Shown here one piece after another: positions 56,714 to 64,000 of a stretch of DNA of 64,000 nucleotides (the stretch's first letter is position 1; every line of letters starts with the position of its first letter). The position numbers were made by a program, and so were the translations under genes. The notes beneath the pieces are model-generated. The model was not told where the DNA came from. It did not search any database and saw nothing but the letters and a program-made list of their open reading frames with translations. The stretch comes from Halogranum rubrum (lineage in GTDB: Archaea > Halobacteriota > Halobacteria > Halobacteriales > Haloferacaceae). The DNA lies in the NCBI RefSeq assembly GCF_900114455.1, contig NZ_FOTC01000002.1:217012-281011 (forward strand), written 5' to 3'.

Positions 56714-57616
56714 CTAGCGCCAATCGTACCGGGCGACCGCTCGGTCGGCCCGCGTCGACAACCCGTGCGGATTGCGTGACTTCGACCGGTCGCGTGCGCG
56801 AGCGACCATCCCATCGGAGATACCCGTCGAGATACCGCCGACGACGTCGCGGCCGTTGCCGAGCCATCCAGTCGGTGTCCCGTCACCGCTGAGCACGTCG
56901 CGGGCGGCCGATGCGGCGTCGTCGACGGCGTGGGCGAGCGTCCGCCGGACGACTGTCGGCCGCAGACCGTAGTTCTTCACGAGTCGGTAGGCGAGTGCGC
57001 GGTACTTCCAGCCCCAGTCGCGTCGTTCGATGCCGCCGTCGGCTTCGTATTCGCGACGGACGCACATCTCCGGGAGCCACTCGACGTCGGCGCCAAGCCC
57101 ACCGAGTCGGTGGGCGGCGTCGCGTGCGCCACCGGTTTCGAGGTACTCGTCGAACCCGTCGAGGTCCTGAAGCGTTCGCCGACGGAACGCCACGTTTCGG
57201 CCGTTGAAGTAGGTCACGTGACGTTTGGCGATGTCTCGCTCTTCGGGTTCGTCCGTCGTCATCCCGCCTTGCAGTGTCTGGTGTGTCGGGCCGGTGGCGA
57301 CGTGGGCCGTCTCGAGTCCCGAACAGAGCGCGCCGAACCACGATTCCTCGACGACGAGGTCCTGTCCGAGGAAGGCGACGGCGTCGCCGCTCGCCACTTC
57401 GATACCGGCGTTACGAGCGACGTTAATCGTCCGTGCGGAGATTTCGACGAGCACGTCCACGTCGTCGCGTTCACGTACCATCCCAGTCGTCCCGTCGGCA
57501 GAGGGACCGTTGACGACGATCACCTCTGCGTCCGGCGCGTGCGCCGCCAGCGAGTCGAGGCTGGCAGCGAGTTGGTCCCGCCCGTTGAGGGTCGGGACGA
57601 CGACCGAGAGATTCAT
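56714..57616 (-). CDS. family 2 glycosyltransferase
   Basis: Start ATG 57616 (MNLSVVVPTLNGRDQL). GT-A fold motifs (VIVVNGPSADGT, DAVAFLGQD). The track ORF is over-extended to 57709. Confidence 0.8.
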   Translation of the reverse strand: MNLSVVVPTLNGRDQLAASLDSLAAHAPDAEVIVVNGPSADGTTGMVRERDDVDVLVEISARTINVARNAGIEVASGDAVAFLGQDLVVEESWFGALCSGLETAHVATGPTHQTLQGGMTTDEPEERDIAKRHVTYFNGRNVAFRRRTLQDLDGFDEYLETGGARDAAHRLGGLGADVEWLPEMCVRREYEADGGIERRDWGWKYRALAYRLVKNYGLRPTVVRRTLAHAVDDAASAARDVLSGDGTPTGWLGNGRDVVGGISTGISDGMVARARDRSKSRNPHGLSTRADRAVARYDWR

Positions 57617-57778
57617 ACCACTCACGAGTACGACCCGACACTTAAAGTGACGCGTCTCGGAGATGAACGTCGATAAGAAAGTGGTGGCGGTCGGAGAGGG
57701 CTTGGTCACGTCCCTCCGACCGGAGTCGTCAGTTGGTGGCTGACGTGAGGTCCGTTCGGTCGACCGGTTGTCGCCCGG

Positions 57779-58051
57779 TCAGCAGTTCAGGTAGTAGACC
57801 TGTTTGCGTGCGTCCTTGAAGCTGTAACGCGACCCGACGAGGTCCGACTCTTCGAGACGGTTCAGCGCGTAGCGGACCGTCCGGTCGGGAAGGAGCGACT
57901 CGTCGGCGAGTTGTCCTTGTGACAGCGGTGCGTCGCTCTCGAGAACTTTGGCGACGAGTTTCGCACTCGGGGGGAGTTCGCGAAGGCGGTCACGGAATTC
58001 GGTCTCTGAGAGACGGTCTTCGCCGGTTGCTTCTGCGGTACTGGTGCTCAT
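57779..58051 (-). CDS. small winged-helix transcriptional regulator (MarR/TrmB-like)
   Basis: 90 aa. AKLVAKVLESDAPLSQGQLADESLLPDRTVRYALNRLEESDLV is a typical wHTH. Confidence 0.65.
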   Translation of the reverse strand: MSTSTAEATGEDRLSETEFRDRLRELPPSAKLVAKVLESDAPLSQGQLADESLLPDRTVRYALNRLEESDLVGSRYSFKDARKQVYYLNC

Positions 58052-58192
58052 ACTACATGGTCCACTGTGGTCAGTGGTAAAGGTTGGCTACATATAGAAC
58101 AAAAGGCTTGACACTCCTTAAGGTCATAATATCTATCGGGTATGGTATCTATTGCCGATTGATTTTACTCGTTTCCGGACGACTGAGTACCC

Positions 58193-58585
58193 GTGATTCC
58201 TTCATCACACGTTGACATCTTGGAGAAGCAGTCGTTCGCTCACCTCGCGACAGTGATGCCGGACGGGACGCCGCAAGTCACACCGGTCTGGGTCAGCCAC
58301 GAGGACGGCGAGTACGTACTCCTCAACACCGCACGCGGGCGGCAGAAAGAGAAGAACATCCGAGCGAACCCGAGGGTCGGTGTGAGTATCGTCGACCCGG
58401 ACGACCCGTATCGGTTCGTCTCCATCCGCGGCACGGCGACGCTGTCGGAAGACGGGGCGGTCGAGCACATCAACGAACTCACCCAGAAGTACATGGGGCA
58501 ACCGGAGTATCCGAACCTCGGCCAGGAGTCGGGGCCGCGCGTCATCGTTCGTATCTCGACGGACAACGTCGTCACGAGCGGGTGA
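58193..58585 (+). CDS. pyridoxamine 5'-phosphate oxidase-family (PPOX class, possibly F420-dependent) protein
   Basis: 130 aa. FAHLATVMPDGTPQVTPVW...NIRANPRVGVSIVDP motif pattern. Confidence 0.75.
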   Translation: MIPSSHVDILEKQSFAHLATVMPDGTPQVTPVWVSHEDGEYVLLNTARGRQKEKNIRANPRVGVSIVDPDDPYRFVSIRGTATLSEDGAVEHINELTQKYMGQPEYPNLGQESGPRVIVRISTDNVVTSG

Positions 58586-58596
58586 GGTGGGACGAC

Positions 58597-58815
58597 TCAG
58601 ACACCCTTCAGTCGGTCGACGGCAGGCCGGTCGCCGTGTCGACGGTACTGGCCGAGGAGACACCCACAGGTCGGACAGTGGACGAGGAGGACGCTGCGTC
58701 TGTCGTGCCGAACGAGGTCGGTAGCGTCGTGGTCGGTCTCACAGCGATGACAACGGGGCATACAACGAACTATGTCACCAAGTGCCATAGCTTTTCCACC
58801 GACAGGCGGCCGCAT
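58597..58815 (-). CDS. small Cys-rich zinc-ribbon protein
   Basis: 72 aa (or 63 aa from MALGDIV). CMPRCHRCE...HCPTCGC, that is two CxxC-type pairs. Host-like codon usage. Confidence 0.4.
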   Translation of the reverse strand: MRPPVGGKAMALGDIVRCMPRCHRCETDHDATDLVRHDRRSVLLVHCPTCGCLLGQYRRHGDRPAVDRLKGV

Positions 58816-58856
58816 CCAATACGACTTTACAGTTCGGGTGAGCAGTCCACGGTAGC

Positions 58857-59564
58857 GTGAAAGGGAAGGAGTGGTACCAGGCCGACGACGTGGCCCAGGA
58901 GTACGACGCCAAGCGATTCTCTGATGGTGGACGTCTCATCGACCGCCGCGAGAAAGAGGCAGTCCTCGACGCACTCGGACCCGTCGAGGGGAAAGACATC
59001 CTCGAAATCGCTTGCGGAACGGGTCGATTCACCGTCATGCTCGCAGAGCGTGGTGCGAACATTATCGGGCTCGACATCTCCTCGGCCATGATGGCGCAGG
59101 GACGACAGAAAGCGAAGAGTACAGGAGTCGAGGGACTCGTCGAGTTCATGCGCGGTGACGCCGCGCGCTTGCCGTTCCCCGACGACCACTTCGATGCGGT
59201 GTTCGCCATGCGATTCTTCCATCTGGCGGAGACACCCGCGAAGTTCCTCGCCGAGATGTGTCGCGTCTCGAAGGACCAGGTGTTCTTCGACACGTTCAAC
59301 CGATACAGCACCCGCAGTGTCTACACGTGGCTCCTCCCGATGGGGTCGCGGCTCTACTCGCGGGTCGAAGTCGAGAACCTGCTCTACGGGGCGGGACTCG
59401 AACTCGTCGACGACGCCCACGACTTCGTCCTCCCCTACGGGTTCTACCGGGAGATTCCGAACGAAGTCGCCGGGCGGATTCGAGAGTTAGACACGAAGCT
59501 CCGCGGAAGTACCGTCGGTGAGAAACTCTCGTCGGTGTCCTACTGGAACGCGCGCGTCCGATAA
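58857..59564 (+). CDS. class I SAM-dependent methyltransferase
   Basis: Motif I ILEIACGTGRFT and post-I acidic residue (IGLDIS). Methyltransf_11/25-like. Confidence 0.8.
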   Translation: MKGKEWYQADDVAQEYDAKRFSDGGRLIDRREKEAVLDALGPVEGKDILEIACGTGRFTVMLAERGANIIGLDISSAMMAQGRQKAKSTGVEGLVEFMRGDAARLPFPDDHFDAVFAMRFFHLAETPAKFLAEMCRVSKDQVFFDTFNRYSTRSVYTWLLPMGSRLYSRVEVENLLYGAGLELVDDAHDFVLPYGFYREIPNEVAGRIRELDTKLRGSTVGEKLSSVSYWNARVR

Positions 59565-59613
59565 GGGACCGAAGACGAGAAGAACAGAGAGCGAGAGACG
59601 CGGCGACTCCGAG

Positions 59614-60009
59614 TTAGAAGTCGTCTTCGATGATTTCGCCGACTGCGAAGTTCGACTTCACTTCGGTAATTTCGACCTTCACTCGCTCGCCGATCTCTGC
59701 GTCAGGAACGATGATGACGTAGCCACGCTCGACGCGAGCGATGCCGTCACCTTGCTTGCCGATGTCTTCGATTTCGACGTACCGGAGTTCACCCGTCTCG
59801 ACCGGTGGCTGTGGCTCGCCCGACGACCGCGTCTCACCGCCTTCGGTCTCGACAGTCTCCTCGCGGGAGATGAGCGCGACCCGGTAGATTTCGTCGGTGT
59901 CGACAGAACCGGTCTCGATTTCACGGCGGGGGACCTCGACGATGTATTTGTCGTCTTCTTCACGGACTTCGGCATTGAACAGACACAGGAGCTTATCTGA
60001 GATTTCCAA
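59614..60009 (-). CDS. TRAM-domain protein
   Basis: 131 aa. C-terminal OB-like TRAM segment (ELRYVEIEDIGKQGDGIARVERGYVIIVPDAEIGERVKVEITEVKSNFAVGEII). Confidence 0.6.
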   Translation of the reverse strand: MEISDKLLCLFNAEVREEDDKYIVEVPRREIETGSVDTDEIYRVALISREETVETEGGETRSSGEPQPPVETGELRYVEIEDIGKQGDGIARVERGYVIIVPDAEIGERVKVEITEVKSNFAVGEIIEDDF

Positions 60010-60133
60010 GGTGTAGACCTCCAGTTCGACTGTGCAGTAGGACGGTATCGTTAAAGAGGTACCGCCGGACCGAACGTCTCGGGTGTGAGGCGTCTCTCGG
60101 CCCCCTCTGACGCCGTCGAAACATACGCTCGCG

Positions 60134-60853
60134 TCACCGCGGCGTTCCGTCGACGTTCTTCGGTCCTTCGGAGTCGTAGACGACGACGTCGCCGTCGTCG
60201 GTGTCGACCGGACGGTAGTTGTCGCGGACGCCGACTGCCTCCTGTAACTCGCGGACGGCGCGCGTCTTGAGTGCCCGTGCTAGCTCTTCGGCCTCCTCGC
60301 GGGAGATGTCGCGGCCCAGTCCCTCGCACTCGTGGGCGCGGACCATGCCCTCCTCGTCGACCGCCTCACCCATCGGCTGACTCGTTCCGCCGAGTGCGAC
60401 GCTGAACGGGTAGGTCTCACAGATGAGCGGTCGGTCGTCGTGGACCTGACACGCGCCCATCCCGTCGTCGTCTTCGGTGTAAAAGGTGCAGTCGCCGCAG
60501 GCGTCGGTCTGCAGCGCCCACTCGAACGTCTCGCCTTCGGGTCCGTCGTCGCCGTCGACGAGGCCGTAGGGCATCGGACGGGCGACGTCTCTCCATTCCA
60601 GTGAGGTCCCCGAACTGGAGCCAGAAGCGGCTTCGCCGCTTCGCTGGTCGTAGTCCGTAACGTCCTGCAACTCGCGTACTTCGTCGGGAAACACCGTTGC
60701 AGTGTGCGGTTCGCGCTCGCCGTCGTCGGCGTCGTATCCTTTACAGCAAGCCCCACAGCGCGTACACTCGAAGCCGATGGTCTCGATGGCGTCTGCGAGT
60801 TCGGCCACGTCGAGGTCGTTCGCTCGTGTGAGTTCGGCTTCGAGACTCTCCAT
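60134..60853 (-). CDS. YkgJ-family (UPF0153) cysteine-cluster protein
   Basis: N-terminal CTRCGACC motif and downstream CGDC and C..HEC clusters. 239 aa with an acidic insert. Confidence 0.7.
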   Translation of the reverse strand: MESLEAELTRANDLDVAELADAIETIGFECTRCGACCKGYDADDGEREPHTATVFPDEVRELQDVTDYDQRSGEAASGSSSGTSLEWRDVARPMPYGLVDGDDGPEGETFEWALQTDACGDCTFYTEDDDGMGACQVHDDRPLICETYPFSVALGGTSQPMGEAVDEEGMVRAHECEGLGRDISREEAEELARALKTRAVRELQEAVGVRDNYRPVDTDDGDVVVYDSEGPKNVDGTPR

Positions 60854-60965
60854 GGCTCACTGTCGGTGGCTGTCGCACAAAACGTCGTCGTCTCGCTGTC
60901 TCTCCATCGTCGTTTTCTGTCCCTTCACCATGCTCTTTACTGCTCTTTACCACGCTCCCGCACGA

Positions 60966-61784
60966 CTACGCGAACCGCTCTGGCACCGTCACGCGCTCGG
61001 ATTCGGCGTTCCACTCCACGCGACCCTCTTCGGCCAACTTCTCGATGTGGGCGACGACCGTCGCTCGGGCGAGGTCACGGACGTCCGAGATGTCCTTGTC
61101 GTAGGCGGCATCCACCACAGCGTCGACGTCGTGTGCACCCGCTTCGATGGCGGTGAACACGCGCTCTTCCCGAGCGAGTCGGTGTTCGACGAGACGGGCC
61201 AGCACCTCGGTTGGCTCTCGAATCGCCGGGCCGTGTGCGGGGAGCAGGCGCTCGGGAGCGCGCGCCTGCAACCGAAGGAGCGCGAAGATGTAGTCGATCA
61301 TGTCGCCGTCCGGGGCGCCGACGACGACGCTCCCCTCTGCGACGGCGAGGTCACCGCAGACGACGTCGCCGTCGACGGCGAACGAGACGTGGTCCGGTGC
61401 GTGACCGGGTGTGTCGAGGACGCTGATGCCGCCGTCGCCATCGCCCTCACCGTCACCGTCGTCGATGTCGAACCAAGTGCCCTCACCGAGTACTCGGTCG
61501 GGCGTTCGGCCGGTAGCCCGCTCGAACCGCTCGACGTGGTCTTCGTGTGCCCAGACGGTCGCACCTGTCGCCTCGGCGTAGTGAGCGACGGCACCGACGT
61601 GGTCGGGATGCGTGTGTGTGACTGCGATGTGGGCGACGTCTCGCTCGTCGACGAGTGTGTCTAACCGCTCGCTCCTGGCGGCAGGGTCGACTAGAAGGGC
61701 GTCACTGCGTCCGAGCAGGTAGGCGTACGTCTGCCCGGTGGGGGCGCGTGTGTCGACAGAAAGGGACACGCGAGCGATATCCAT
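60966..61784 (-). CDS. MBL-fold metallo-hydrolase with C-terminal winged-helix extension
   Basis: THTHPDHVGA (HxHxDH) motif. Glyoxalase-II-like. Confidence 0.85.
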   Translation of the reverse strand: MDIARVSLSVDTRAPTGQTYAYLLGRSDALLVDPAARSERLDTLVDERDVAHIAVTHTHPDHVGAVAHYAEATGATVWAHEDHVERFERATGRTPDRVLGEGTWFDIDDGDGEGDGDGGISVLDTPGHAPDHVSFAVDGDVVCGDLAVAEGSVVVGAPDGDMIDYIFALLRLQARAPERLLPAHGPAIREPTEVLARLVEHRLAREERVFTAIEAGAHDVDAVVDAAYDKDISDVRDLARATVVAHIEKLAEEGRVEWNAESERVTVPERFA

Positions 61785-61838
61785 ATCCTCTCGGTAACGG
61801 GCCCGGAAGAAAAACCTGCCTCAGTTCGGCCGCTGACG

Positions 61839-63557
61839 TCAGTCCGACGAGACGGACGGTGTCGTCGTAAACTTCGAGAGGTCGACGTCGCCGCCGACGT
61901 CCGTCGCCGACTCGTAGGGGCGGTTGACGATGATGTTGCCAGCCGTCTGCTTGCCGACGCCCGGAATCGACGTCAGTTCGTCCATACTCGCCGCGTTGAG
62001 GTCGAGCGGGAACGGGACGCCCGTCACCGACCGGTAGCCGTAGTCGACGATGGACACGTCGATGGTCTGTTCGAGTTCCCGCTCACCGGGGATACCGACG
62101 AGCAGCGGATACGTTCCCAACTGTCGGCCGAACGTCTTCCCGTCTTGGTGGTACTCTAGGTGGACGTCTTCGAGCACCGTCCCCGGCGGCGTGACCCGCC
62201 GCAGCATCGGTCGGTCTATCTCCTCTCGAACCTCCTTTTTGTACTTCTTGAACAGTTTCTTGTGGTCCTTCGCAATCTGTGCGCCCGTCTCGGACATCTC
62301 CGTCCCGTCGAACGCCATGACCTGCCGGATGTTGATACGCCGGACCATCAGCCCCTCGTCGTAGACGCGGTGGAGGAACTCCTTGTTGTGCTGGAACGTC
62401 TCCTCGCGCTCCCCCTTCAGGCCGTGGAGGAGGTTGATACCCGGAAGGAGTTTCGGGAGCCTATCGGGAGCCGCATCACCGAACGTGGGCGCGTCCGCGG
62501 GGTCTTCACCAGGCCGCCAGCCGCCGGCCTCGTTCACGATGCGGACTGCTTCGAAGCACTCCTCGGCGCTGACGTTGAGGTTGTTCTCCTCTTGGACCAG
62601 CGGGTCGGCGGATTCGAGGCCGAACGCCGCCGTGTCGCCGGGCGTGTTGTGCTCGGCGATGATGCGAATGCCCTCTTTGGATTTCTCGGGCCACTTCGCG
62701 ATGGTGATGGGGTTCATGTTGTCGAGGTGGAGCGTCCCGAGGTTCGGGGCCACCTCCCTGATTCCCCCGTAGAGCCGCCGCAGGGCGTCGGGGTTCGGTG
62801 CCTCGCCGTCACCGCCGAAAGCCAGAATGTCGGCCTGTCGGCCGAGACGGAAGTGTCGCGCGCCGCGCTCGTAGAGGTTCTCGACTTCCTTCACGACGGA
62901 GTCGGCGGTGCGGAACGCCGGATTTCCATAGAGCGGTTCCGTACAGAACGAACAGCGGTAGGCACATCCCCGAGACGTCTCCATCTCGCAGATGAGGTAG
63001 TCGGGGTGGTTCGGATGCTGTTCGACGACGAACGCGCCGCTCGCCGCCCAGCGGTCGAGTTCGTCGTTGTCGCGCATCCGGTTGCCGAACCCTTCCAACC
63101 CGGAGTCGACGAGGTCGTAGGCGGCGGCCTCGATGTCACCTTTCGCGACGAAGTCGTAGTCGAGGTCCTTGCGCTCCATATCCATCCCGCCGGCGTTCTC
63201 GTCGCCGACGCCGAAGCGGATGGGGCCACCCATCAGACTCGTCCCCTCGGCGACCCACGCCAACTCGCGAACCTCGTCCGGTTCGGCGGGGGTGCCGCCG
63301 ACGTACTTGCCGGGGACGGTCATGCCGCCGATGTAGATCATCAGGTCCGCGTCGGCGACGTCGGCCCACTTCTGTCGGTCCTCGCGGAGTTCGTCGATGG
63401 TGTGGTACGTGATCTGTGCTTCGGGGACGCCAGCATCGACGAGCGCGCCGGCCGTGAACCGGGGGTACGTCGAGATGTACGGCGGCACGCCGAAGTGCGC
63501 CGGTTCGTCGACGTACCCGTCGACGAGCGTCACTGATAACTCGGCCGGGTCAATCAT
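61839..63557 (-). CDS. radical SAM protein with C-terminal helix-hairpin-helix DNA-binding motif
   Basis: Start ATG 63557 (MIDPAELSVTLVDGY). CAYRCSFC = CxxxCxxC. C-terminal MDELTSIPGVGKQTAGNII is an HhH motif. The track ORF is over-extended to 63641. Confidence 0.85.
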   Translation of the reverse strand: MIDPAELSVTLVDGYVDEPAHFGVPPYISTYPRFTAGALVDAGVPEAQITYHTIDELREDRQKWADVADADLMIYIGGMTVPGKYVGGTPAEPDEVRELAWVAEGTSLMGGPIRFGVGDENAGGMDMERKDLDYDFVAKGDIEAAAYDLVDSGLEGFGNRMRDNDELDRWAASGAFVVEQHPNHPDYLICEMETSRGCAYRCSFCTEPLYGNPAFRTADSVVKEVENLYERGARHFRLGRQADILAFGGDGEAPNPDALRRLYGGIREVAPNLGTLHLDNMNPITIAKWPEKSKEGIRIIAEHNTPGDTAAFGLESADPLVQEENNLNVSAEECFEAVRIVNEAGGWRPGEDPADAPTFGDAAPDRLPKLLPGINLLHGLKGEREETFQHNKEFLHRVYDEGLMVRRINIRQVMAFDGTEMSETGAQIAKDHKKLFKKYKKEVREEIDRPMLRRVTPPGTVLEDVHLEYHQDGKTFGRQLGTYPLLVGIPGERELEQTIDVSIVDYGYRSVTGVPFPLDLNAASMDELTSIPGVGKQTAGNIIVNRPYESATDVGGDVDLSKFTTTPSVSSD

Positions 63558-63607
63558 GTCCCCGCTTTTGCGATGGAGCGGTAAAACGGTGCGGTTACGG
63601 GAGCGAG

Positions 63608-64000
63608 TTAAACGTAGATGTATCCCTCGATGGCCCGACACTCGTCGGTCGTATACAGCGTGCTCGGGTCGCGCGTGTTTCGGTACGTCCCGACGGCGGC
63701 GACGATGGCGTCGAGGGCGTCACCGTCGTCGTCGGTTATCGCTCGCTGGCGGACGTCGCCGTCGATGGTGATGCCCGCGTCGGCCAACCCCGTCAGAATC
63801 TCTTCTCGTCGCGTTCGGCCTTCCTCGGACCCGTCTTTGTACTTCGTGTGGTGTAAGCCGAGTTCGTCGAGGACACCTGCCGGATAGACTTCGAGCAGTG
63901 ACGGCTTCTCGGGAGAGGGTCGTTGCATCGGGTGGACGCGGACGCTGTCGCTGATGACGAGCGGACGGAGCACGTCGCGGATACCGTAGAAGGTCTGCGA
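63608..64000 (-). CDS. DUF429-like (predicted RNase-H-fold) protein, 3' part; gene continues beyond window
   Basis: The ORF is open to the window edge. ...YPAGVLDELGL...ITDDDGDALDAIVAAVGTYR matches the DUF429 C-terminal pattern. Confidence 0.5.
   Translation of the reverse strand, partial: SQTFYGIRDVLRPLVISDSVRVHPMQRPSPEKPSLLEVYPAGVLDELGLHHTKYKDGSEEGRTRREEILTGLADAGITIDGDVRQRAITDDDGDALDAIVAAVGTYRNTRDPSTLYTTDECRAIEGYIYV

Noticed and set aside
62160-63536. 458-aa ORF antisense to the radical SAM gene
   Set aside because: The CxxxCxxC radical SAM and HhH motifs are on the minus strand. The + ORF is Arg/Val/Asp-rich.
1-64000. Searched for CRISPR repeats, rRNA, tRNA, IS terminal inverted repeats and integrase or transposase genes
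   Set aside because: I saw no regularly spaced direct repeats and no recognisable transposase or integrase ORF. No GGTTCGAATCC-type tRNA signatures appear in the few intergenic regions longer than 100 bp. The low-GC islets lack flanking repeats that I could recognise by eye.

Overview
This window is a high-GC (about 63-66%) chromosomal segment that looks haloarchaeal. The predicted proteins are strongly acidic, third-codon positions are heavily G/C-biased, many genes overlap by a few bases, and starts are preceded by TATA-like elements consistent with leaderless transcripts. The gene order resembles a Haloferax-type core chromosome. I count roughly 70 protein-coding genes and found no rRNA, tRNA, CRISPR array or intact IS element by eye.

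Recognisable content, in order:
- the 5' end of gatB, read on the minus strand
- a DUF3100 membrane-protein pair followed by an M20 amidohydrolase
- smc-scpA, preceded by a small coiled-coil gene
- an FkbM-family methyltransferase with foreign-looking codon usage
- a purine/MTA salvage neighbourhood: MTA phosphorylase, a purine phosphoribosyltransferase and a YjjX-like NTPase
- MATE and AEC transporters
- PEP synthase and pyruvate kinase
- mfnA and metG
- a small-protein/NfeD/stomatin operon
- an AglD-like GT2 glycosyltransferase fused to a flippase-like membrane domain
- tfb
- the archaeal aromatic cluster: aroD, 3-dehydroquinate synthase II (aroB') and ADH synthase (aroA'), directly followed by trpCBA
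- an alkyltransferase-like MGMT homolog whose catalytic Cys is replaced by Asp
- LonB with a CPBP/Abi partner
- a nadM / SAM hydroxide adenosyltransferase / TRIC-channel operon
- a thermosome subunit
- a radical-SAM protein with a helix-hairpin-helix tail

I could not demonstrate a single obvious novel multi-gene system. The observations most worth a second look are:
- tandem TGTACA boxes in the trpCBA/ATL divergent promoter
- the 8-bp inverted repeat bracketing the thermosome TATA box
- the Cys-to-Asp ATL-like protein
- the codon-atypical FkbM islet next to a Walker-less KaiC/RecA-like protein
- the tightly coupled nadM / SAM-hydrolase / TRIC operon
- a second low-GC islet (about 38.4-39.45 kb) carrying a lipoprotein and a PLDc_N-like micro-membrane protein

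Many long ORFs antisense to real genes are GC-skew artefacts and were rejected.
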